Below are positions 48,467-57,986 of a stretch of DNA of 64,000 bases, piece after piece (position 1 is the stretch's first letter; each line of letters opens with the position of its first letter). The stretch is from positions 1-64,000 of IMG/VR virus record IMGVR_UViG_2706795719_000001; one strand, given 5' to 3'. The DNA comes from a virus (taxonomy: Duplodnaviria; Caudoviricetes). The position numbers and the translations under genes are program-made. A model generated the notes under the pieces. It worked only from the letters and a program-made list of their open reading frames with translations. It had not been told where the DNA came from and did not search any database.

Positions 48467-48683
48467 TATAATTCCTTAAAAGAGTTTAACAATAGTTTAA
48501 ATCTACGTAATTCGTCAACATCAACACCAGATACTATAAGACCACTAAATTCAAAAGTATAATCTATTTCATCTTTATGCCTCAATTGACTAAAGTTGTT
48601 GTTCTACGATTTAACGGGCCATAATTAATGGTCTTTTTAATTCTGGTAGGTAATCCTTCATCAATTTCTGTCTTTATTTGCAT

Positions 48684-48890
48684 TTAACCTCTGATATTTT
48701 TCTTATATTGGTTAGGCCAAGTATTAGAATTAAAGGCCCAAATTAAAACGCCTAGCCATCCAAAAACTGTCCATCCAAAAACAAAATTAGAAATAAAAAT
48801 AGAAGTTTTTGCACAATGGTCTCTATGCCATCCGATAATAAATGGTAAAAAATAAAATAATATCATACCTATTAAAATTAAGAGTTCCAT
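48684..48890 (-). CDS. imm: Imm-family superinfection immunity membrane protein
   Basis: YFLP.II...R.H....IF..N...GWT..GW...LIWA signature. Confidence 0.82.
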   Translation of the reverse strand: MELLILIGMILFYFLPFIIGWHRDHCAKTSIFISNFVFGWTVFGWLGVLIWAFNSNTWPNQYKKNIRG

Positions 48891-49090
48891 TATGCTTCCT
48901 TTTTAATTAAACGGGCTGTATTAGGAATTTCTTCATTAAACTGAACAAATTGTTCTTTTTCATTTAATAAACGTAAGCCTAAACAAAATACTACAATCCC
49001 AGTTAAACCAACGTACATAACAATATAATCCATAGAGTTGTATCTAATTTTATCACCGGCATCAATTTGGCCTAATTCGGAAAGTTTCAT
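48890..49090 (-). CDS. hypothetical protein
   Basis: 66-aa ORF with AGGT SD. Confidence 0.5.
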   Translation of the reverse strand: MKLSELGQIDAGDKIRYNSMDYIVMYVGLTGIVVFCLGLRLLNEKEQFVQFNEEIPNTARLIKKEA

Positions 49091-49268
49091 ATAACCTACT
49101 TATTCATTTTACGTTGAAGATCAATTTGTCGTTCTTTAATAAGACGGTCTAATTGGTCATTAGATAAACATACACAATCACTGCCTTGATGTAAAACATA
49201 CCCTAATTCATTTGTAGAAACTTTAACATCAAGATTTTTGTGTAAACAATCAGTTAAATAAAAATGCA

Positions 49269-49391
49269 TTATTCCTCCAAAAACTTCTTTTTGTGTTTTT
49301 GTTTACGATTTGATTCTAATTCAGCTTTCTTTTTGTCTTTGTGAACAGAAGCTCTATTAAAATCATGTTTAGCTACAAAATTATTTTTCAT
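49269..49391 (-). CDS. small basic protein (40 aa, absent from the ORF track)
   Basis: MKNNFVAKHDFNRASVHKDKKKAELESNRKQKHKKKFLEE with GAGG SD; resembles a small T4-like protein from recall. Confidence 0.65.
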   Translation of the reverse strand: MKNNFVAKHDFNRASVHKDKKKAELESNRKQKHKKKFLEE

Positions 49392-49392
49392 A

Positions 49393-49656
49393 TTACCTCA
49401 ACTGTGAATCTTTAGAACCACGTCTGTTGTAATAAGATGTGGTGATAATATCATGGCTTTCTTGACAAGTACAACAATAATTACAATTTTTTATTATTTG
49501 TCTACGACGTTCAGGGATCTCTTCACCGCATTCAAGACAGTATATATCATTGTTGTACGAAGAATTGACCAGGCTTAATCTGGCCCACTCTATAGCATCT
49601 TTAATGACAGCTTCTTTAGTTGCAAAGCCATCATCTGAAGGACCCCATCCATTCAT
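49393..49656 (-). CDS. DksA/TraR-family C4 zinc-finger protein, YbiI-like
   Basis: GW..DD, CLECGEEIP..RR...C..CQ and C-terminal YNRRGSKDSQLR as in enterobacterial YbiI. Confidence 0.88.
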   Translation of the reverse strand: MNGWGPSDDGFATKEAVIKDAIEWARLSLVNSSYNNDIYCLECGEEIPERRRQIIKNCNYCCTCQESHDIITTSYYNRRGSKDSQLR

Positions 49657-49970
49657 TTTTTCACCATAAAGTTATAAATGAATCGATACACTTCATCTGG
49701 ATCTTTTTGTTCCCAGATATCTAATTTAGGTTCATGGCCAATAATGTTTTGATAATGTTTATATACATTTAAATGATTTGAATGTAACCAATTAACAAAG
49801 GCCTGGCCGATACGTTGGAATCCTTTTACGGATTCTTCATTCCAATACATATACCAATCATGCATATCGCAATAATTTAAAAGTTTAGGAACTTCTTTTT
49901 GAAGATTATCAATAAATATTTGCTTCTCGTGAGCAGATAGTGATTCAAATTTGTCAAGAGTCATATTCAA
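49653..49970 (-). CDS. hypothetical protein
   Basis: QRIGQAFVN motif ORF. Confidence 0.5.
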   Translation of the reverse strand: MNMTLDKFESLSAHEKQIFIDNLQKEVPKLLNYCDMHDWYMYWNEESVKGFQRIGQAFVNWLHSNHLNVYKHYQNIIGHEPKLDIWEQKDPDEVYRFIYNFMVKK

Positions 49971-50166
49971 CCTCAGAATTTAAAGTTTTTAGAATGATAC
50001 TGTTTATCCTGTGAAACATGTTTATCAGAAGCTTCAGCAATACCAATTTTTATAGGACGTGCAGATAAACGGTCTTTGATATCTACTTTCTTTTCAAATT
50101 GCCCACACAACAAATAAAATAAACGTTCGTTAGTCATGATAATCTCCAATTGGTTTTAATAAGGCT

Positions 50167-50196
50167 ATATTAATACATAACATAGCCTTTGTAAAC
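50167..50196 (-). promoter_or_regulatory. early promoter
   Basis: GTTTACA-N17-TAATAT; 8-bp inverted repeat 50161-50168/50182-50189. Confidence 0.78.
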
Positions 50197-50200
50197 ACAT

Positions 50201-50638
50201 TTAAATTTTTTCAAATCCAGATTCGTCGCAATCATTTTCGTCATAAAAGACCGTGTAACCTTGATTAGACAACGAGGCAACTAAATCACCCATAATTTCA
50301 ATGTTATCTTCAGAATGGTTCATTGATAAATAAACATAATTATTATCACCAACATATTCGACATAATCATTGTTTGTTTTTGTAACAACAAAAATTGATT
50401 TTGGTGCTCTATTACGGGTAAAATATAGACGAAAACATTCTAAATTATAACCAATAATTTCACAAACAGAATTCGTTTTGTTTCTTTCACTAATGGAAGC
50501 TATAGAGTTTACCGGCATACCAAAATTCAGTTCATTTGATTTTGCATTCATTGTATTGATAATAGCATTAACTGTTTTAATAGTGTCATCACAGACCACA
50601 AGAACTTTACTAGATACGCTCATTTTATTTTCCTTCAA
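50201..50638 (-). CDS. hypothetical protein
   Basis: co-oriented ORF in an early operon. Confidence 0.5.
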   Translation of the reverse strand: MKENKMSVSSKVLVVCDDTIKTVNAIINTMNAKSNELNFGMPVNSIASISERNKTNSVCEIIGYNLECFRLYFTRNRAPKSIFVVTKTNNDYVEYVGDNNYVYLSMNHSEDNIEIMGDLVASLSNQGYTVFYDENDCDESGFEKI

Positions 50639-51239
50639 GGTCTTTAATCATTTGGTCAAGAATCATATTAGTAGCTTCTACAAGAATACTTTTCATCGAA
50701 TTAAACATCTGTCCATCGGACATTTTAGAAAGCTTAAAGTAGGTTTCCCATCCAGGTTCATTAGTAAATTCAAACTGTTTAGATGCAAAAAACTCTTTTA
50801 CTTTTTTAACATCTTCTACTGTTACGAGTTTATTATCCTGGATTTTGTTAGCCAATGCTTGTTGCACTTGTTTTCGTTCTAAATGGATGACTTCAAGCTG
50901 GTCAATAACATCAGACCAATTCTTTGTATATTTTTCTGCATCAGCAAAAGAATAAAATGCAAAATTTTTATTATAGCGTTTTGAATCATTACCTTTAATA
51001 ATGGTGTTCATATCAGATAATGATTTACATGTTTTAAAACCATTTTTATCAATACAAACAACCCACCAGATCAGTTCTGAACTAAAAGAAAAACTTTCTT
51101 GATGTGGCTTAGCTACTACAGTATATTTTTCTACCATATTAATAGGAGTACCATATGGGGTTGTGCCATACCCAACATAAAAAGTAAATCCAGGAACAAG
51201 GTCTTCAAATTTAATATTCTTAATCATGATAATCCCCAC
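50625..51239 (-). CDS. hypothetical protein
   Basis: first ORF after an early promoter. Confidence 0.55.
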   Translation of the reverse strand: MGIIMIKNIKFEDLVPGFTFYVGYGTTPYGTPINMVEKYTVVAKPHQESFSFSSELIWWVVCIDKNGFKTCKSLSDMNTIIKGNDSKRYNKNFAFYSFADAEKYTKNWSDVIDQLEVIHLERKQVQQALANKIQDNKLVTVEDVKKVKEFFASKQFEFTNEPGWETYFKLSKMSDGQMFNSMKSILVEATNMILDQMIKDLEGK

Positions 51240-51256
51240 TTGTTGTTGATGTGATC

Positions 51257-51285
51257 ATAATATCATGATAAACCACTTTGTAAAT
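51257..51285 (-). promoter_or_regulatory. early promoter
   Basis: ATTTACA-N16-TATTAT. Confidence 0.65.
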
Positions 51286-51303
51286 ACTTTTTTCAATAAA
51301 ACC

Positions 51304-51327
51304 AAAAAAGGAACCCGTAGGTTCCCT
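51304..51327 (-). terminator. intrinsic terminator
   Basis: GGAACC-UACG-GGUUCC followed by UUUUUU. Confidence 0.85.
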
Positions 51328-51700
51328 ATGATAATGATAATAAATACTTTGTTTTCTTACACAGCGTCATAATTTCATCTAAAGCAGATTGACCAGCACT
51401 ACATGTCGAGTCATAAATGTCTTCTCCTAAAGAAATAATTGTATCTAGAATTTCTTGGTCCGACGATATTCGTGTTGGAAAATTCCTGGTATAAGTACCA
51501 CCACTTCCAAGATAGATTTCTACAAATGTATCTATTAGGTCTGGCATGTCTTCATAAAAATCTTCGTATACTTTATGGTGGGCATAACTTTTAGTCTCAA
51601 AATGATATGAGTGCATATATGAAGAACTTATTAAGCATAGTCCTATAAATTCTGAGTGTTTAGTGCTTTTAGGTTTTACAAATGCCGAAAATTCATTCAT
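51326..51700 (-). CDS. ferritin/Dps-like protein (rI.-1 position)
   Basis: H.YHF.TKSYA.H...E.FY....DLID.F.E. Confidence 0.72.
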   Translation of the reverse strand: MNEFSAFVKPKSTKHSEFIGLCLISSSYMHSYHFETKSYAHHKVYEDFYEDMPDLIDTFVEIYLGSGGTYTRNFPTRISSDQEILDTIISLGEDIYDSTCSAGQSALDEIMTLCKKTKYLLSLS

Positions 51701-51986
51701 CGTGAACTAATTCCTTTTTAAGGTTGTACACATATTCTTGTGCAGCACTTTTTCCATCTTCGCTGCATTTGTTGTTTTGACAGTTAGTTTCTTCCCATTT
51801 TGTTTTAATGAAAGCATAAAACTGTACTGATTCTTCTTTTGATGGTTCTTTCAATTTACTATACACGGACATGGCGCCTTCTGCGTATACGTTAAAATAT
51901 TTATCATCAGATGCATAGGCACTAGACAATAATATGCTTAAACATAATAGAATGCCCGATAAAAAGTAATTGTTGAATTTGGCCAT
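51693..51986 (-). CDS. rI: RI antiholin (lysis inhibition)
   Basis: N-terminal hydrophobic signal, VY.....S.EES.QFY.F, two Cys; synteny. Confidence 0.78.
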   Translation of the reverse strand: MAKFNNYFLSGILLCLSILLSSAYASDDKYFNVYAEGAMSVYSKLKEPSKEESVQFYAFIKTKWEETNCQNNKCSEDGKSAAQEYVYNLKKELVHDE

Positions 51987-52013
51987 ACGGCCTCCAATAT
52001 CTAAGTAATCCAA

Positions 52014-52226
52014 TTAATGATATATAGATTTCAATTTATAAATCATCTTGACATCAGAGAAATAGTTACTTAGTTTTTTATATTGCAAATAGTCTGCATG
52101 GCTTTGAGTAGTATTAAATTCTATTTCTGATTGCTTTAAACAGGGTTTAATTTCTTTCATATGAAGAGCCAATTCTATTGCTGACATCCGTTGTAACTTT
52201 TTCTTAGAAAGCATTTCAGTGCTCAT
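52014..52226 (-). CDS. rI.1-like protein
   Basis: synteny between tk and rI. Confidence 0.55.
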   Translation of the reverse strand: MSTEMLSKKKLQRMSAIELALHMKEIKPCLKQSEIEFNTTQSHADYLQYKKLSNYFSDVKMIYKLKSIYH

Positions 52227-52249
52227 ATAATTCTCCTAGTCAGTTTATA

Positions 52250-52816
52250 TTATTTATTAAATTCAAAATAATGTTTACGACAAAACGAAATATATTTATC
52301 ATCACCTCCTATTTCAACAACCTCACCTTCTTTTACAGGATTACCGAATCTATCACTTTTAGCAGTATGCGTTGCTTTTCTTCCACAATAACAAACAGCT
52401 TTAAGTTCTTCTAATTTATCTGCCCATGACAATAAAGCGGCAGAGCCTTCGAACAGTTCACCTTTAAAATCAGTTTTTAAACCAAAACACATAACAGGAA
52501 TATTATGGATATCAACAAATTTAGTCAATTGAATAACTTGTTGTTTTGTTAAGAATTGTGCTTCGTCAATAAGAACACATGAAGTTTTTAATGCTGATTC
52601 TAAATATTTTTCGTATAAATTATCAGAACAAGAAAATAATTCACATGGTTCTTTAATACCAACTCTACTAGATATAACCCCTATATCTCTGGTGTCAATA
52701 TCTGGTTTTAAAAGTAAACAAGGCATACCTTGTTCGGTATAGTTATTATTAACAGATAATAATTTTAATGATTTACCAGCTGCCATAGATCCGTAAACAA
52801 AATATAGTTGTGCCAT
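52250..52816 (-). CDS. tk: thymidine kinase
   Basis: YGSMAAGKS, LIDEAQFL, GLKTDF.GELFEGS, C.CG and CRKH. Confidence 0.96.
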   Translation of the reverse strand: MAQLYFVYGSMAAGKSLKLLSVNNNYTEQGMPCLLLKPDIDTRDIGVISSRVGIKEPCELFSCSDNLYEKYLESALKTSCVLIDEAQFLTKQQVIQLTKFVDIHNIPVMCFGLKTDFKGELFEGSAALLSWADKLEELKAVCYCGRKATHTAKSDRFGNPVKEGEVVEIGGDDKYISFCRKHYFEFNK

Positions 52817-53139
52817 GTTAATCCTTAATCCATTCTACCCACAGAACACACTCTGCGTCTTTCTTTTTACCGGTTTTAGTTTTATATGTATATACTACTT
52901 TATGTTCTAGAAACTTAATAGGCTTGACATCTGGATAACTATTAGTTTCTCTAATAGATTCATAATGGGATAAAGAGAGAAGTCTTCCTTCTCTCTGCAT
53001 TTTAAAAGGATGTGGTAAATGAGTCATTTAAATGCACCTCTAAAAGCAAAATATACACAAATAGCTAAAGCAGGGAAAATAATAACAGAAATCATAATAT
53101 TAATAAACATCTCACTAAGTAAAAATTCCATATATTCCT

Positions 53140-53349
53140 CTAAATTTTCTGTTTTAGTATTAAATAAATTACATTAACGCAAACCCATATCCACATCATA
53201 GGCCATAATAAAATTAATCCAATAAAGATAATATTTTGTTTTATCTTATCATGTGGATATCCAAAGCACCACAAAAAATTAGATACAGTGAATAATCCAC
53301 AAAAAAGATATAAGGCGATAAAAATAGCTAAAATAGACCCAAATATCAT
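53140..53349 (-). CDS. small membrane protein
   Basis: two hydrophobic segments, LLWP motif. Confidence 0.55.
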   Translation of the reverse strand: MIFGSILAIFIALYLFCGLFTVSNFLWCFGYPHDKIKQNIIFIGLILLWPMMWIWVCVNVIYLILKQKI

Positions 53350-53786
53350 TTCAATTCTTTAAACTTCATTTTATCATGACCATCAATACGATATGTCCCA
53401 TATTGGCCCACATTATCTATAATATTAACAACTATTTCACCATTGCAAACTCTAAACAACCTGGCTAATTTTGTGACTTCATATTTGTTAATAATAAATT
53501 GGGGTCCTAAAAGATCTCCATGAACTACTCTATTGCACCCAGAGACAAAAAATTTTCCATTAGGAATAGAGATAGAGTCGGATTTATCAATTAAAGAATA
53601 AAAGGTAGCACCAAAAATACGTTTTTTAGGTTGCCATACTATTTCTATATTAGATTTTTTAAGGCCGGCATTTTCTATTAAAGACCCTGATATTCCATAT
53701 AATTTAGGATTGATATATCCAGGAACTTCATACCATGAAAAACTATAAGAACTAAAAAATATAAGGCATGCTAATAAATATTTCAT
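53346..53786 (-). CDS. secreted/periplasmic hypothetical protein
   Basis: N-terminal signal peptide MKYLLACLIFFSSYSFS. Confidence 0.55.
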   Translation of the reverse strand: MKYLLACLIFFSSYSFSWYEVPGYINPKLYGISGSLIENAGLKKSNIEIVWQPKKRIFGATFYSLIDKSDSISIPNGKFFVSGCNRVVHGDLLGPQFIINKYEVTKLARLFRVCNGEIVVNIIDNVGQYGTYRIDGHDKMKFKELK

Positions 53787-54097
53787 TGGTTTATCCCTGC
53801 TATATATTTGTCCATTAAAGCCCCTCTATATGTTTCACAGATTTCGCTATTAGGTGCTTTCTCACATAATGAAGATAACGAATTGGCTTTATTCTTCAAA
53901 GCTGATATTTTATACTCAGCATCTTTTTTGGATTGTAAAAATCCTTCATGAAAACTTGTACTTAATTCTACTGATAGAATATTAATACATTCTATATCAT
54001 CACCACAAAAATATTTTGCAACATCTATAGACTCTTCCATGTTGTTAGATGCAATAACCGGAAATGTTACTAAAAATAACAATAAAAGTTTTTTCAT
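53783..54097 (-). CDS. vs: Vs valyl-tRNA synthetase modifier-like protein
   Basis: signal-like N-terminus, A.YFCG....C and four-Cys pattern; synteny. Confidence 0.7.
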   Translation of the reverse strand: MKKLLLLFLVTFPVIASNNMEESIDVAKYFCGDDIECINILSVELSTSFHEGFLQSKKDAEYKISALKNKANSLSSLCEKAPNSEICETYRGALMDKYIAGINQ

Positions 54098-54100
54098 AAC

Positions 54101-54661
54101 TTACTCCATTGTTTTTCCTACAATAGATTTAGATTTAAGATATTCTGCTATTGTTCTGACTTCATAAGAATATGTTTGTCCTGCTTTATATTTCCAGTTA
54201 TAACCTGCGTTATAACTAGCTAAAGCTTTATTAATATCTCCTTTATGAACTTTTAACCATGCTTTTAATTCAACATGGCTCCAATAAGCAGAATTACTTC
54301 TATCTAATAGTTCTTCAATTATATCAGAATCAGCTTTAGGTGTTCCGGCTTGTTTTAACCGATTCCTAATAGTTTTGATATAATTTTGGAACATACCATA
54401 AGCATGGTGGTTTTTCCGGTAAACTACCAAATTAGGGTTTTCATACCCTGAACTTTCTTTAAACGCTATAGCAGCAAATATATACCCAAGATGATCTTCA
54501 TCCTTTTCAAAATCTCTTGGGTCTCCGTTTTTATTGAATTGTTGACCAAAATGATATGCATAATTCAGATTATCATATTGTTCATAAGACAAATTATCAG
54601 GTAAATGCACTGCACTACAGGAAATAGAGACAAATAATAATAGAACTGTTAAATATTTCAA
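54101..54661 (-). CDS. vs.1: Vs.1 SLT-like lytic transglycosylase
   Basis: AAIAFKESS, AYGMFQ and ALASYNAG. Confidence 0.85.
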   Translation of the reverse strand: MKYLTVLLLFVSISCSAVHLPDNLSYEQYDNLNYAYHFGQQFNKNGDPRDFEKDEDHLGYIFAAIAFKESSGYENPNLVVYRKNHHAYGMFQNYIKTIRNRLKQAGTPKADSDIIEELLDRSNSAYWSHVELKAWLKVHKGDINKALASYNAGYNWKYKAGQTYSYEVRTIAEYLKSKSIVGKTME

Positions 54662-55077
54662 AATTTAATCACCTTTGTTGAAATTTTAGATGGTAATCTA
54701 GAAGGATTGAAAATAACCATACGACATGTCAATCCATATGTTCCTTTTGTTCCTTCTGAAGAAGTAAATCCAATCCATAGCTTCCCATCAGTAATTTCTA
54801 ACCTTGTAGGTTTGTACTCTATATTAGGGTCTGGATTTTCTATAGGCATATCAGGAAGTTTACAGTAATCTAAAATAGATTCTTTAGCCTGATATAATTT
54901 ATTTAATAGACCAAAAATATCACTTAATTGAATTCCACGTTCTAGTGTTCGGTCGATAATATGACTACCAAATTTAATATGGAACCCTGCATTTTCTTTA
55001 TTTAAATTTTTATTTATTTCTGAAAAAGCCTCAGAAAATTTTCTTCGTGCTTTTGCACGTTCTACATGAATGTTCAT
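54658..55077 (-). CDS. regB: RegB endoribonuclease
   Basis: FHIK...HIIDR...R, Y.P.RLEITDG.LWIG.T, CRM...NP.RL. Confidence 0.9.
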   Translation of the reverse strand: MNIHVERAKARRKFSEAFSEINKNLNKENAGFHIKFGSHIIDRTLERGIQLSDIFGLLNKLYQAKESILDYCKLPDMPIENPDPNIEYKPTRLEITDGKLWIGFTSSEGTKGTYGLTCRMVIFNPSRLPSKISTKVIKF

Positions 55078-55475
55078 TATTTAGACTCCAATTTTTTACC
55101 ATAATATTTATACCAATCTGGTTTTTGAGCAATTTTTTCATCTAATCTTGATTTAGATAACATAATATCAGTCTCAGATGGAATATAGTCATTATACCAC
55201 GATTTAGGAAAAATGAAATCAGTTTTTTCAAAAGAAATATTAAAACCACGATTTTTACACTCCTGGATTAAAGCGTTTTGTCTTTGTTCTAAAAATTTTA
55301 GTTTATTGTAAAAGAATTTAACATGTCCTGTGCCAAGGACATAATTTGCAGGAATTTTGACAGGTTTACCATAAGCTTTAAGAGCTAAAGTAAATACTCG
55401 TGGAAGTTCGCGATATTCAGCGATAAGATGTTGATCTGTGAGAAGTGATGGGTCTAAAAGATTAATACGTGTCAT
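55077..55475 (-). CDS. denV: DenV pyrimidine-dimer glycosylase (endonuclease V)
   Basis: MTRINL....L.DQHL.AEYRELPRVF, LGTGHVKFFYNKL. Confidence 0.96.
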   Translation of the reverse strand: MTRINLLDPSLLTDQHLIAEYRELPRVFTLALKAYGKPVKIPANYVLGTGHVKFFYNKLKFLEQRQNALIQECKNRGFNISFEKTDFIFPKSWYNDYIPSETDIMLSKSRLDEKIAQKPDWYKYYGKKLESK

Positions 55476-55498
55476 ATATCCTCCATTAATTTAAAGAT

Positions 55499-55528
55499 AA
55501 TATAACACGTATTTTTATTAATGTAAAC
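55499..55528 (-). promoter_or_regulatory. early promoter
   Basis: GTTTACA-N17-TATATT. Confidence 0.75.
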
Positions 55529-55896
55529 TAAATTTTATCAGTAAATGTTCTGTTAATAACATCTTCTTTCTGTTCTGCAGTCAGAGAATTAAATCTGACG
55601 GCATACCCAGAAACGCGAATTGTTAATTGTGGATATTTTTCAGGATGTTCTTTAGCATCTAACAACATTTCTTTATTAAGAACATTGACATTCAGATGTT
55701 GTCCACCTTCGATTCTTGGAGCAAACTCAATAGCTAAATCTTTTTGAGCAGAATTACCAAATGAAGACATTGGAACAACTTCATCTTCTTTAAAATATTT
55801 AGAAGCCAGAATTCGGCAATTATTTGTTTCTGTGTCTATTAAGAAAATAGTCCCATAAAAAGGTCCAGAAACTAGTTGTCTTGCTTGAATTGTCAT
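55528..55896 (-). CDS. grcA: autonomous glycyl radical cofactor (GrcA/Vs.6)
   Basis: [43 protein letters not shown]. Confidence 0.95.
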   Translation of the reverse strand: MTIQARQLVSGPFYGTIFLIDTETNNCRILASKYFKEDEVVPMSSFGNSAQKDLAIEFAPRIEGGQHLNVNVLNKEMLLDAKEHPEKYPQLTIRVSGYAVRFNSLTAEQKEDVINRTFTDKI

Positions 55897-56062
55897 TATT
55901 TTACCTCGTACATGTAAGGTTCTGTAGAATTTTCATCTTTAACAAAACCATAGAATTTTTTGTCTACATAAAGAGCAATAGAATTTTTATGTTTAATCCA
56001 CACTAAAGAAACTAAATTTTCAGAATTTCCAAAAACACCTTTTGCTTCATTTAAAATCATAA

Positions 56063-56554
56063 TCACATTCCTATAATATATACAACAGGTTCATGGTTTA
56101 CACATTTAACTACATCAGCTAAATTGTTAATAAATTCATTAGGATTTAAGCCCATGGGTTCTTCAATAATAAAAATAGGAGAATTTAAAGTTATACCTCT
56201 AAATCTATTATAGAAACTAGGATTCATTAAAGACCTGTTTTTAACGGATATAAATTCTACATCTTTAATAGGTTTAATGCCAATTTCTTGAATTTTTTCT
56301 AAATAAAGACGTTTTGTATTATCTGCCATTCGGCCTAAAACAAAAATGTCTCGTTTTGGATTTTTGATCTTTTGTTCTAATACAAATTTAGCAACATCTG
56401 TTGATTTGTATGTCTGACGTCCAAAATCTAATTTGCATTGTCTGTATTCTGCTATTCTAGCAGCAAAACAATAATTTTTTATTTGTTTAGATTCTTCTTC
56501 AGACGTGTTTTCGCATTTATTTAAAAATTGGGTCATTAATTCTAAGTAATTCAT
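56063..56554 (-). CDS. hypothetical protein (vs.7-like, degenerate P-loop)
   Basis: DFGRQTYKST and FRG...FIIEEP. Confidence 0.5.
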   Translation of the reverse strand: MNYLELMTQFLNKCENTSEEESKQIKNYCFAARIAEYRQCKLDFGRQTYKSTDVAKFVLEQKIKNPKRDIFVLGRMADNTKRLYLEKIQEIGIKPIKDVEFISVKNRSLMNPSFYNRFRGITLNSPIFIIEEPMGLNPNEFINNLADVVKCVNHEPVVYIIGM

Positions 56555-56606
56555 TTTTTTTTAATCCTTAGGCCATATACGAATGAAATATATGGCGAAG
56601 TTTAAG

Positions 56607-57071
56607 TTAAAAGATATAATATTTTGATAGTTTTGAAAATATTGTGTCTTCTTTGTTTTTTAATACTACTACTGAATATAGTCCTTTATTTCCATCATCA
56701 ATAATTTCGTTTATCCATGTTTCGAAATTATCAGAGATTAGCTTAATGAAAGATTCATTGCTTCCACGCTGTTTATATCTTTTTAGGTATTCATCTTTCA
56801 ATGATATATCAGGAACTACAACATAAAAAGGAACTTTTTCTTTTAATAATGCTTCTCTGACAACTTTGTGTGAAGAAGCAAAAGTTAAAGTTTGTTTGTA
56901 TCGCATTTCTTTTAAATGCTTAATATAATTCTGTGGAAATTCTGACTTATCAAAATTTGACGAATCTGAATCTGACACTTTAATTCCATATTTTAAAAAT
57001 TGTTCGGTCGCATAACTTTTACCTGTACCTGGAAAAGCACACACAATAGGAACATTATCTATCATTATCAA
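56607..57071 (-). CDS. P-loop NTPase/kinase-like protein
   Basis: AFPGTGKS, DSDSS.F, FP.NYI. Confidence 0.7.
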   Translation of the reverse strand: MIMIDNVPIVCAFPGTGKSYATEQFLKYGIKVSDSDSSNFDKSEFPQNYIKHLKEMRYKQTLTFASSHKVVREALLKEKVPFYVVVPDISLKDEYLKRYKQRGSNESFIKLISDNFETWINEIIDDGNKGLYSVVVLKNKEDTIFSKLSKYYIF

Positions 57072-57084
57072 CCTCTATAATATT

Positions 57085-57450
57085 TTATACTTGAAAGTGT
57101 GGACCATCAGGAAATGATTTCCAGTCCCCACCCCATTCTATTTTAACACCAAGTTCTTTTGCAGCTTGCTTCATTGCTTTAGCAACAAGTTCAAACTTAG
57201 ACCAGTCTTTCCATGGAATATCTCTGTTAACTAAAGGTCCTAAATCTACGGCATCGCCTGTTAAATGGCGACTATTTAAAGTTTTAGAGACGCCTTTTTT
57301 AACATTTTCTTTTTGTTTTTCAAGTGTACGAACGCCTTCAATAACCATAAAATCTATCTCAGATATCTGGATTGCTCGTTCTACAACTTTAACTAAATCT
57401 GGATTAACACCTTTTAATCTATCTTTTGATCTTTGTGATAATACGTACAT
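57085..57450 (-). CDS. endolysin, M15 L-Ala-D-Glu peptidase
   Basis: EGVRT..Q, SRHLTGDAVD and WGGDW..F.DGPHFQ; gene e position. Confidence 0.92.
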   Translation of the reverse strand: MYVLSQRSKDRLKGVNPDLVKVVERAIQISEIDFMVIEGVRTLEKQKENVKKGVSKTLNSRHLTGDAVDLGPLVNRDIPWKDWSKFELVAKAMKQAAKELGVKIEWGGDWKSFPDGPHFQV

Positions 57451-57486
57451 AAGTTTCTCCTTTGTTGTCTTATGTACGTATTTATT
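57440..57486 (-). promoter_or_regulatory. late promoter plus start-codon-occluding hairpin of the endolysin
   Basis: AATAAATA (57486-57479); perfect 14-bp stem 57469-57482/57440-57453 that includes the AUG. Confidence 0.85.
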
Positions 57487-57489
57487 AGA

Positions 57490-57933
57490 TTAAAGAGGCT
57501 TATAATCTGTAGGCAATGTTTTAAGCATAGATAAGAAATATTCAGTGTCGATTGCTAAATCTTTTTTATCAACTTCTAATGTGTCTTCATTTAGAAAATG
57601 ATATTTTTCGACCATTTCTTTAAAATAAGCCAAAATGCCATTATCACATTTTTTTGATACACTAATTTCATTATCTAGAGATTCAAACCCATCATTATAT
57701 GTTGTATATCCAAAAATACTAAAACATAGATCTTTTAGTTCTAATGGATTTTCAACATCAGGAAAATGCTTTTTAAGAATAGGTTCTAAATCTTGGGAAT
57801 AAGTTTTAATAATATGCGGTGTTAATTCTAGGTTAATGCTACATTCTACCATATCGTGCTTAATTCGACCACCTTCTTCAAGGTCGCCAATTTCCGTAAT
57901 TAAATCAAAAAGTTCTTTATCTTTAATAATCAT
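57490..57933 (-). CDS. hypothetical protein
   Basis: 147-aa acidic ORF. Confidence 0.5.
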   Translation of the reverse strand: MIIKDKELFDLITEIGDLEEGGRIKHDMVECSINLELTPHIIKTYSQDLEPILKKHFPDVENPLELKDLCFSIFGYTTYNDGFESLDNEISVSKKCDNGILAYFKEMVEKYHFLNEDTLEVDKKDLAIDTEYFLSMLKTLPTDYKPL

Positions 57934-57986
57934 TTTTATTCCTTATTCATTAGTATTATTCATAGAAATCTTATAAATCCATGATA

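Noticed and set aside
48470-48683. Possible frameshifted small gene (MQIKTEIDEG... continuing as FSQLRHKDEIDY...)
   Set aside because: Two short frames abut, but no homolog or motif is available to show they are one gene
56572-56596. GCCATATA/TATATGGC hairpin as a terminator
   Set aside because: No U tract on the coding strand; function cannot be assigned
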